Under the pieces are notes generated by a model. It ran no database searches and was not told the DNA's origin. It was given only the letters and a program-made list of their open reading frames with translations. Both the position numbers and the translations under genes were made by a program. From assembly GCF_037042905.1 (NCBI RefSeq), contig NC_087251.1:5086001-5150000 (forward strand): DNA of 64,000 bases, given 5' to 3'. Below are positions 24,401-36,400 of this stretch, one piece after another. The number at the start of each line of letters is the position of its first letter. Within the stretch, counting starts at the first letter, position 1. This DNA is from Lytechinus pictus. Lineage: Eukaryota.

Positions 24401-27400
24401 CCTGAAACATGGGTTACACAGATAGTGGGTTACACATAATGGGTTACACAGATGAGACAGTTAGGTAAAATGTTGACAAGGACATCCCATGTTATAGGCC
24501 TGCGCCAATCTTTTCTCTTCCCCGCCTGCATCCTTCAATCATATTCCTGATAAAAAAAATGGGTGGTTGGGTCAAGCCAGCTGTATGATAGAGCTGCCAT
24601 TTGAAGTGTTATTGTCGATGGTGCTCTACCACTCAGTGACAGATGGGCCATAAATGACATGACCTGTTGGGGAGTCGCCGACCAGGACGAATCCAGCTTG
24701 CTCGCCAATCGGAATTGCTGGAACGAGTCGATAGCTCTTTGGTACGAGGTCTTGGTTCCGCTAGTTGTAGCATCTGAAATAAGCCGGCATATCTCCTGCT
24801 CTATATCTGCCAAATGCATTCTGTTATTGGTGTTGGAGCTGCATCCACCTGTCGTGCCAGCATGCGGAACCTGCTCATCTGTAACCAGGAGAAAAAGTCA
24901 GCAATATCATTTTCTTTTGTGGCAATATAAACTGCCATAAGTATTTTCTCTCTCTTTAAACATTGGAGAACTATGGTCCGTACAACTGACATTATTCTTG
25001 GGTAATGGGATGTCTGTTTGTTTATAACATTCTTGATGGCCATATTATCGGTATGAAGTCTAATTCGCTTCCCTGCTAGATCGGAGCCCCATACCAACAG
25101 TGCTACGGCTATAGGGACCATCTCTTCCCATGCAATGGAATAATCCCCAGATAGAACAAGGGGGCCAATGGGCGCAAAACCATTTGCCATGAAAGTAACC
25201 ACCGAAACCTATTGTACCACTCGCGTCAGTGAAGAGGTCAAGATCAAAGTTGCTCTCCCAGCAACCCTGTCGAATTACAGTCACCCCGTTGAAGTCATCT
25301 AAGAAGGTGAGCCATGTTGTTAGATCAGACTTTGTTCCCTCTGAGAGTTGGATTACACTGTCCGGTTTTGAACTTTTTCTTGTCAGATCTATAAACCTCC
25401 TCAGAAAGGCCCTGCCCGGTTTAACCGCCCTGCAGATTGGATTAAGCAACCCGATCAAGGACTGCATCTCCTTTGAAGACAATGATTATTTACTCATTGT
25501 CTCAGCGATCTTTCATTTCAATTGTGTTCTTTTCTCACAAGGGACTCTTACTTCCATGTGTTCGGTGTCAATTTCAAGGCCAAACAATGTAAGTCTGGTG
25601 ATGGGACCCTCTGACTTCTCTTGGGCAAGGGGGAGGCATCTGTCAACATAATACAGACCCTGAAATTTCACACCCAACAATTCAAAATCCCGGGGAGTTA
25701 TAGGGAGCAACCTGAAAGCTGACTATGTCTTCCTTTGCCAGCTGCACTCCTCTACCAATCCTTGCCACTATGTCTACTGCATCGTCAAACCTACTATATT
25801 AACCTTTTGTGGGTACGTTGTGGTCTAGTGGTTCTGACTCTCGCCTTTCAAACAGAGGGTCGTGAGTTCGAATCCTAGCCATGGCGTGTTTTCCTTCAGC
25901 AAGAAATTTATCCACACTCTGCTGCACTCGACCCAGGTGAGGTAAATGGGTACTGGCAGGAAGTAATTCCTCAAAAAGCGGTGCGCACCAGAATTGCTAG
26001 ACTAGCTTAACCGAGGTAATATAGGAGCGCCTTAAGCACCTAGCAAGGTGGATACGTGCATGCGCTGTACAAATCCTATATTATTATTTTTTATTAACCC
26101 TACATGCATCCTCCTGTATGGAGTCATTTACAGAAAGACCTGTAGGATAGGAAAGATGATGAATTAACCTGTATTCTCCAGTTCTCTTCAGCACAAGACC
26201 AATAGGGCTGACCCTAAGGTTAGTCAATGGTCTCTTGTCAAATGGTCCTAAATATCTACCTAGCCTAACTTCTTTATGAATTTTCTTCTCCGCCTCCTAC
26301 CTGTTGTGTTCCACTGATTTTAGATTTGGAAAATTGACTGGCATCTGGGGGGCCCATATAATTCAAGTCAAAACCAAACATAAAACCTAACCTTAAAAAA
26401 TTTGGCAGTCCTTTTGTTGGGATAGCCCCTCAATTTGGTAACTAACTTCTCAACCAAAACTGATACCTAATTCTACATTATCCCTACTTTTGCTCCTGGC
26501 CACCAGTTTGCAGGATTTTGGGGCACTTGACTTTCCTATGTCCGGGGATGCCACATGCAACGCACTTATGTAAAAATCTGCATTGCTGCTGATTGCAGAC
26601 CCCTGGTCCAAAATTGAGCTCGTAACATACATTGGATGAGCTTGCTGTAACCTTTCTCGGAAGGAATGAGACCTACAGGGGGATCCAGGTCACTAGGCCT
26701 AGTGTATGATGGTAGCACAATACTCGCAAATGACCCCATGGGAATTGGTAACACCACACCACTCTCATTCCTAACACTCACGGCATTACCGGTATTAGCT
26801 CTATCTGCAGTAGTACTAACGTTACTTGCAATAACAGCATCAGCAACCTCACCTGACACAGGTATTTGTGGTTGATTTTGCAAGAGGTGTAGAGCTGATC
26901 TCCAGTCGCCCCGGTCCCGAGAGCGTCCCTCGACCTGCGCTGACGCTGCTCCTTGCCTGGTATTTTCACTATTTCTCCTCCTTGATCTTGTAATAACCAT
27001 TTGCCATCCTCCTAGCAGTGTCAGCCTCTTGTTTGCGTGGTCTACCAAGGCCACGGCCACGTCCAACTTTTTGTTTACCCATGTTTTAAAACTAATCGGG
27101 GAAAATTCACGTAGTGCACCAATCACAAAAAAATCACGTCTTGTACCCCCAGTGCTAAGTTGAGAATGAGTGCACGTTTGCAATTCTTTCAGCGGGTGCG
27201 CATATCCCAAAATCGCTCGCTATATTTTTTTGGCTGTTCCCTGCATATAGGGGGATCCCGCGTGGCAGTTGTTTAGCTATAACTAAGGACATTGTGTTAT
27301 GGTGCTAATCAGGCTGCTGTCAGCCAATCGCAGACCTGTTGCTGGGGATGTGTCTGTGAAGATTTCCCGCGGAATACAGGCGCGCGCGTTGCTTGATCTT

Positions 27401-30400
27401 CACGGACTGTATGGAAAGCTATTAGATACATCTGCAGTAAGGACCTTCATTCTCTCGCAAATGCGTCTATTCGCTAATTTGAATAATCGTATTATTATTA
27501 AATTATTATTATTATTATTAATATCATTATCACCATCATCATTATTATTGTGTATCATTATTTATTTATTTATTAATTTTTCATTTATTTATTTATTTAT
27601 TTATTCACTTATATATTTATTTATTCATTTATTAGTTATTTTATTAATTTTAATTTTTAGAGGGGGGAGTAAAAAGAAGTGTGTAGCATTTTCCTTATGT
27701 CACATTCGCTGGCCAATGACAGGACACGGGGGTAGCCAATGGGGTGAGCGATTATCGACATACTTCAACACATTTTCTTTTTTTCTCTTTGTCATTTCAC
27801 ATTTATGGTTTGAAAAGGAAAGGCATAAAGCAATAGGGTCGAGATAACAGTTGGATCGTGTGGGTGTAGTGTATCTATCATAAATTGTGGCAAATTCACG
27901 AACTCAAGGAAAACCAGATGAAACAAAAATTATATTAGTTTGAAGTGGACCCATTTTTTGACAAGTGGATTAGATGAATAGATCTGGAGCATACTTTAAC
28001 AAATGCAAATACAAACAATAGAAGCAACAAACATGAAATTACTGAATAAGCTTTGAAGCCTTTTTTAGAGCAGATTTTAGAAAGAATCACATGATCCTGT
28101 ATAATGAACTCTTAATATAACTTTTAATTTTATTTGAAAGGCTCCATAAAGTCAGTTTGGTGTGTTCAGTCAAAATTAATTAATGCAAGAAAACTAATGA
28201 AACCACCTCTTCTCCTAAGCTTGTTAAAAGAACTGCATGTGTATCCCACATATTATGAAACTCTTAATGATAAAAAATGATTGAAAGGTTAAATTGATTT
28301 TAGAAGGGGATCCTGAAATGTTTTTCATTATCTTGTCTCTCTATCTCTTGTTTCTTCTGCCTCTTTTTTATCTCCTACACTCCTTCCCACTCTCTTACAT
28401 CTCTCTCTATTCTTTTATTATATTTTGTCTTTTCTGACTCTCTTTATTCCTTTGTCTTTGTGATTCAGGCATTTTTTTGGTCTTACTTGTTTTTCAGGTA
28501 TAATCACTGCATAATGATCATATGCCCTCTTCTTGAACACCTGATCAGACTCATTTTTGCCAAAGCCAACCAATGTCCTGAAAGAGTTCTGACAGCTGAG
28601 GTATATAACTTTGTTCATTGAAAATGAGATAATGAGAGAACATGTATGATAGGGGGAAAAATTGTGTGCTTGTCCTCGACTGACCGACCCCATTATTTGT
28701 CTGCGACTATTTTTTTATTTAAAAAAAATCCAATATCAGCAAAAGTTACATAGAATAAATGACAAAATGACAAGAAAAAACCTTCCCAAAAAGTTGCTGA
28801 AATTTCACATTTTACATCTTTTTATTCATGAAATGGCCATATATTTCCTACATTTTCTTGAAATTGTGTTGATTTAGTTGGAAACTCCCCAAAAATTAGA
28901 ATATTTAGCCCTTTCTTGACTCTGAAAAATCGTTTTATGATGTTACACTAGTAAATATTGTAGTCCCACATGTAGACTTTAATGGTGTTGACAGTGTTAA
29001 AAGATCAAATTATCAACAATCGTTTCCAGTTAATGTTGTAACACCACCATAAAAGTCTAATTGTGGGACTACGATATCGACCGTTATTGATGTAAAAGTT
29101 ACAGTGATCAAGACATTAGCAACAAAAGGGGGAAATTGTTCCATAGTCTAAATGTAGATGTTTGTTTATATATTTTTTTTCTCAAAAAAATAAATCACTT
29201 TATTTCCTTGCTTATAAAAAAATATCAGACCAACCGACCAACAATAATTAAAAAAATGCCAACTGGAGGACAGCCATACAATTTTTGTTTGCCTAGTCAG
29301 GCAGCTCATGTCATGATTTGCCAGCTACTTCAACAAATTTGCCAAGTTTGATTTTTCACATTCATGGGTTCAGTGACGTCACAAAAACAACTTTCAACTT
29401 GGTGTGAAATTTCTAATGGTCATCTTGATCATCTGAGGGGTCAAAATCAGGTCAGTAGGGGTAAAATTTTGAAAATGCCCTGTTTGTGTTGAGTGACATG
29501 TCAGACAAAGTGTACATGTACAGCATTGTAAAACTTTGACCTCCTGTAAAAAAGTTATGACTGGATAGGTCAAAATGTTAACAAACTTTCATTAGAACTA
29601 AAGGCAAATCATACTAAAATTGGTTATAAAACTAATTTTTCTTGGGATTCACTGTATTTATATTTTGAAAAGTCTCTATCTAAGAAGCCCTTATCCAGTA
29701 GATAAAAAGGGGATCAAATGAGCTCATTTAAACCCCCATTCCACAGAGAGCAAGACCTGAAAGACTACTGTAAGACCATGAAACTTGCTTGATCTTTCAA
29801 GGGTCCTTCAATGACCTTTCAAAGATCTCTGAGGTCTTTCATGATTTCTGATCGATCTTTTAGTAGTCTTCCTGGTGTCTGTAATCTCCCAAAACTTTCT
29901 GAAATGGTACAAAACAGCCTTTCAGGAAAATGGTTGTTTGATGGTCTATCAGCAGTCTATTAGCGGTCTCTTGATGAACTTACAAACTTCTAAAGAGTCT
30001 TTCCATGATCTTTTGACAGTCTCAAGATTTTTGCGGAGATTGTGAAAGACTCATGAGAGATCATTAAAAGAGCATTGAAAGACCAGGAAAACATGGAAAG
30101 AATTCTGAGAGATCACTTGTTACATAAAAGATCCCTGAAAGACCATTGAAAGATCTCTACTGGACTATTCTAAGCCCAGAAAAGAAGTATTGAGTCTTTC
30201 AGAGTACTTTGGGGGGTCTTTTGGAGCCATTCCACAGAGATGACAAATTTCAGTTATTTTGGAGACTGCTGTAAGACCTTGCCAATTTTTGATGTTTCAA
30301 AAGTCTCCTTTCTGTGGAATGTGGGTCAAATACCCGATTGACATTTGCACGCATTTAAGCGTGCCAGTGTGGGACATTTTATGGAACAACTTGCCTGTAT

Positions 30401-33400
30401 CAGTGCACGCGTTGTCCTGACACATTCACGACAAAGTTGCGACATTTTTCATGCACTGTTCACACACTGTCCCGACATGCTTTCAGCAAATATTCTCGAC
30501 ACCCTATTCTATGACGTATCTAGTGCAAATTTAAATATTCTAACGTTCAGGAACCCGTTCCATAAAACTTTTTGCCATAAAAACTCTGGCAAACAAAAAA
30601 TTATGCCATTGAAAATTACACATTAAAAAATTGCCTGACTCTTTTATGGCAAAAGTTTTATGCAACGGGTCCCTGGTGTTGATGCCCTCAACGTTTGTTG
30701 ATCAGGACCTCTTACACTGATCAAATGGTCTGCACGCACGATTTTACGCATATCATTTACAACTATGCATGAAGTTACTTAGCCTATGCGTGAAGTATGC
30801 TTAGCCTTTGCGCAGAGTATTAGAGCCCTGTCTTGAACTTGTCATAAACTAGTCGTGAAATGCGTGTCACTTCCCCGGGGATGTGCCTACTATTTTTTGC
30901 TCCAAGCAGTGGCACGCACTGGCATGGCTATGTTGCGCTTATGTTGGGCATAGTTTACAAATGGTTCACAAATTTGTAATGTGTGCCCAAATTTTCAACA
31001 TGTTGAAAATTTTGGCACAAGTATGCTTGGACATACGAGTATTCAAGGGTATTTATGAGTTTTAGGTCACATGATGACGGTGGAAGGTCATTTCCATATG
31101 AATTGTGTTTTTTTGTGAATGATTCTTTTTCTTAGAACTAACAAACAAATTTGTTTTCAAAGTCAGCACTGCTGCAATTTTGAATCGCATAATGTTTAAA
31201 ATTTTGGCACAAGTATGCTTTGACATACAAGTATTCAAGGGTATTCATTAGTTTTAGGTCACATGATGAAGGTGGAAGTTCATTTTCATATGAATTTTGT
31301 TTTTTGTGAATGATTCTTTTTCTTAGAACTAACAAACAACTTTGTTTTCAAAGTCAGCACTGCTGCAATTTTGAATCACATAATCGCATACTGTCAGAGG
31401 CCTTCCACTTGTTTTAAAAAAGGTTTTTATATGCAGTCAATGGAGTCATTAAAAAGGGTGATGACTTGTATTTTAACATGTTTTTCAGGATCATGAGACT
31501 AATACTATATCAACTGAACCAATGTACCTCATTTTCGTGGAACTGACATTACTTGTTCTCTAAAAAGCACTTTAATGAGCCCATTACAGTAATAACAGGA
31601 TATCATTAGTAATCTTAATGGTAAAAATAACATGCCAAAAAGGGAGAGTGGGCTTCTTGGGTTAAGCTGAGAATAAAAGTGTAAAAAATAACTGAAGACA
31701 ATAAAAAGGCAAAACATTATAACACCTGTTTTTTCCAATTACCCTTTAGGAATTTAGAACAAAAAAGTAACCTTGATTGACTGTCTCATTATATAAATGA
31801 TCCAGGCATTGCCTGCATGATTTTTTTTATTATTCGAAGCATTTCTATTGAAAATACAGCATTCTGTCCAAGAATAGCATCTATACAGGATGTAAAACAA
31901 CTCTATATATACAATAGTCAGAGACAAGGTCATAATGTATGATTAACATGTACAATGAAATGGTGACATCTCCTTTCGCTTGAACTCTTATTATTGCTTA
32001 TCTGTTTCCAGAGTAAATTATAAATAATGAGCCTATTAATGTATTAAAGGATATCACTACATTAATCATGGATAATGACATGGAAAGCATAAACAAAGGA
32101 CTGTGTAACTTGAAATTAGTAACTTTAAAAATGGTAATTCTGTAAAATCTTTAGGATTTATACTTGTTGACAAATTGTTTTCATTGAATGAACACTGCTA
32201 GATGTCAAATGATATAGGTATATTAGCTAAATTACATAATACTCTTACAGAAGAACACTTGCTTATGCTTTACAATTCTTGATTACTTACTTATATTTAT
32301 TATGGCAACATCGCATGGGCAAGTTGTGGCACTACAAAATCAAATCACATGTACATGCGCTCCCCAAAGAGACTTAATGTATTTGTTTAAACTCCCTCTA
32401 CTTAGCTCCGTCATTATTTTATAGATTAAACACGTTGACAATCTTGATTCATTAACTTCATATTGCAATTCTGGTGTACTACTGTATGTTAAACACAACC
32501 TAGCATCCCTTAATATGATAAATCTATTTCAATATGATAAAGATTACCATCAATACACTACTTGTTCCCACCCTAAATTCCATTATCCAGTAGTAGTCAA
32601 TCGGTCATCTCTTTATGCCGCATATAGAGCAGTTAGTCCTCAGATATGAAATTCCATACCTTCCACTGTAATTTCCAATAGTGATGTTGCTGTATTTAAA
32701 ACCAAACCCAAAAGTTCTCTTATAAACCTATGCCAAATAAATCACATAATTCATCTTCAGTTTTACACCCTTTTCCTAACAACTCCCCCCCCCCCCCTGT
32801 TGGTTTAGTGACTGTTTTTCTTCTGTGTTGTTTGTATTTATATATTGTTTTCCTTTTTTGTACATATTATAAATTAGATGCCCCATTCATTAAGCTTCAT
32901 CTTTTAGGGGTACCCTAATTATTCAAACTCTATTTACAATTGTTATTCATGTATAATTTGTGTGATTGTAAACTACATGTGTATGTTGGTATGTGATGAG
33001 GTTGGAGTATTTGTTAAGCTACAAAGATATAAAAACATTAGTGCTGTTATCGTTAAGAAAATTCTCTGTCGATATACTGTATCACTAAAATTATCTTACC
33101 GATATTGATAACTATCGACAAAAAAACATATCAATACACACTCTTTATACATTGATTGAATATTAATGATTTCACAATACTCGCATTGGTCAAAATTTGT
33201 AACTGCCACTGTACCAAGAATGCTTTAAAATCCGCGTTCATCGAATGTAAAAGATTACATAACATCTTTTAACAAACATAGATACATCCTCACCTATCAC
33301 ATATTAGCATTATTTTAGGGTTGGATGAAGTTTTATCGATAATTTTGGGGCTTTTTGGACATCGTTCTGAGCAGTCAACGACTTTCATCTATCCACCATT

Positions 33401-36400
33401 TTGATATTGTGCTGTACATCTTTGAACGTAGAGGGCAGCAACACACTGTCTTGTGCTGCCTTCTATGTTAGTTGGTACTTATTTTTGGGTCACACGGGCC
33501 TAATTACAACTGGCAGTCAAAAAATATTCATTCGACCCAACCCATTCTAAATTTTTTAATTTGATATTGCTGATTGACAAAAATGAATGAATATGATTGA
33601 CAATCTAACACTGATTCTAGGGAGGGCACCTACTGAACTTCTTTTTTCCAAATTGGAAAGATATATCACCACTGTGGAACTTAATTTTTACGGGCGGAAG
33701 AATTAGGGCCATTTGACTCTCTAAAGTGATGAATTTGATCCCGTCAGGTGTAGTCTTCATAAATGCTGATTTATTTTTAAAATGAGCCGGTCGAGGTACA
33801 GTGTACCCTTTTCTGGTCAGATATGGAATGTCAGACATTTATCCTATCCACAGATAGTAAACATTCAACCCTCGAATTCCCTCCTTATTTTTAAGGAATT
33901 CTTTTTAGGTACCACTTTAACACACAAGTCTATGGGGATTGAATTAGGCCTGTGATACCTGTAGTCGATACGATCGAGTGGAGTCAAGTGCAGTCACGAT
34001 GTTTGAAGTGAGATTGTGTTTTGTGGCTATAGTATGTATTCATATTTTGTTGAGATTTTGGAGTAATTTCTGTTGCTGTTCTGTGCATTTTGAGGAAAAA
34101 TACATTTTCCATGATTTTCCTTTTAAAAAGCCATTTTCAAAAGGCTGTTTCCGTGAATTCCGTCCGTTTTTCGCAATCACGGCAAATCACTGTCATGTCC
34201 CTACGTAATAGCGAGTATTATTGACAACGAGAGAAAGGTTATCAATATTGCTAAGTGGCAAAAAACATGGGATTATTGACAAAACTAGCGATAAAGAGGT
34301 TATCGATAACAGCACTAAAAAATATGACCATACGCATTGACAGGTAGCAGTCATTTTTCCAACCCTACTATTTCATACCCCGTACATGTAGTCTAGAGGG
34401 GCCATTAAGCCTTGCACTGTATGTTTGTCTCTAATTTAGTTTCCACAACATTAAAACTTGATTTATATCGGACAGATTCTTTTTTTAAGGTGTGCAGGTA
34501 CATCACACTAAAATGCATGTTGAGTTTGAATTCAGATTCCGCAGATCATAGGTCATATGTTGCAGCTCATGAAATGACATCTTTTCTTTTCACAAATCCA
34601 CTACTGACCACATCCAGTAGGAGATTTGTAATTTCAAGTTGATTGCAAATTTTCCCAATGTTGTGGCATAAATCACATGTACATCCTTTTAAGGTGTGTT
34701 TATAGTGGTGTGATGGATCAAGGTCAAATGCTTTTATAAGGGGTGATCTTGAATACTGGATGTGCTTTGTTGCCTTTGCTGAGAAGTGATGACAATGAGC
34801 TAAGATTCTATTCAAATGTGATTATCCTTGGTAGAGGCCTTTGTCAGTGCACCATTCAAGTCATAGTCTTTTGACTCATCACATTGTGAGCACTCCATAG
34901 GATGCACTGTACTGTAAAACAACACTGCTAACAGTACATATTGAGATACAACCAAACCAGTTTGAAACATCTCCCGATTCTCTGATTCATGAAAAGCTAA
35001 AAAAATCTGTTGTGCAGGGTCAGTAAATCCTAAGATGACTCTTAATTGGTATAAAAATCATTCACAAAATACAGTCCAGAGACACTGACCCCGCAATATA
35101 GGAGAGCTCCTTGAGTGTGGCAGCAGCTTGAGAATGTGCTCTCAATGAGAAAGTATCTAAGGTACCAGAAACAGTAGAAATCAATAAATCTGTTATTTTC
35201 AGGTACAATACATTATTGCTTACACCACATATACCACATATATGATTTCATATGTAAGTTTACCTCTTTGCTTTAACAAATGAAATGGAAAACTGGCATT
35301 AAGCTTTTATATTTACATTAATGTAGATGATCCCCATGCATTGAACGTCTTTATTTTCCCCCCTTTTTTACAAGTCCATAATTTCAATTTTTTTTATATC
35401 TGGCATTTGCTGTACATGAAAGCAACACAAACAAACAAAATTGTGAATGTAACATAAGATATGATGAAATCATAAAGAAATATCTGTTTACTTCACGTAC
35501 ATGGCCTGTCATTTACAGTAATTGACATTCTTCTTTCAGTCCACAGTACTGTTCACAACATTTGATGAGGTGAGTATTTTAAACCTGCCTAACTAATAAG
35601 GCTTTATGACAATTATAATGATATCCATGTTGATGTACAAAAGTAAGAAATTTGTCTTTGCACATGTCAGCATGTCCAACATAGACAAGCTAAGATCCCA
35701 TATGTGTAGCATAGAGTTTGCTATTTTCGTTATTTATAAAAACAAATGTTAAATTCTTAAAAATCAAAATTATTAATATCATTTTATACTGAAAGGGTTA
35801 ACAAGGTGAAAAAACATTGCCCTGAATTAATGAGAACTCAGTGATTACTATGATTTTAAAGGGAGATTTTAAATTCAGGCAAGGACAACTTTATACTTGT
35901 ATCCTAAAACTAAAATGAAATACAAATTTATGAACGTTTATGATGATTTATTTCTTTGAATTTGAAGTCACAACATGATTTTGATTTCAGTATTGACAGT
36001 TTGGTTGGGAGTTTCTACTCCATCCGTAGTGCTGCACTTTCATGAGGCTTCTACTTGGTCTGATATGTCACTAAGTATTGAGCCATCAACAATGTGATTT
36101 TGTTTTAAAAGCCTCATTTGATTTTTTCCCCTAATTTAAAGGACAAGTCCACCCCAACAAAAAGTTGATTTGAAAAAAAGGAGAAAAATCCAACAAGCAA
36201 AACACTGAAAACTTCATCAAAATCGGATGTAAAATAAGAAAGTTATGACATTTCAAAGTTTCGCTTAATTTCACAAAACAGTTATATGCACATCCTGGTC
36301 GGTATGCAAATTGGCAGACTGATGATGTCACCCACTCACTATTTCTTTTGTATTTTATTATATGAAATATGAAATATTCTTATTTTCTCCTCCTTGTCAA

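Larger units (their letters stand above)
21650..27480 (-). mobile_element. DIRS-order (Ngaro-like) tyrosine-recombinase retrotransposon, decayed: gag, RT/RNase H, YR, SGNH hydrolase
   Basis: Domain order on the minus strand matches DIRS/Ngaro, and ~165-bp repeats lie at the 3' end. Outer boundaries are approximate. Confidence 0.88.

Noticed and set aside
25809..25885. Functional tRNA-Glu gene
   Set aside because: No proper acceptor stem or T-run terminator; it continues into a SINE body with tail and TSD, and a related copy exists at 60523-60820.
27299..27847. 182-aa hydrophobic membrane protein ORF
   Set aside because: Translation of ATT/TTTA low-complexity sequence. The ORFs at 18294-18587 and 21306-21584 are rejected for the same reason.
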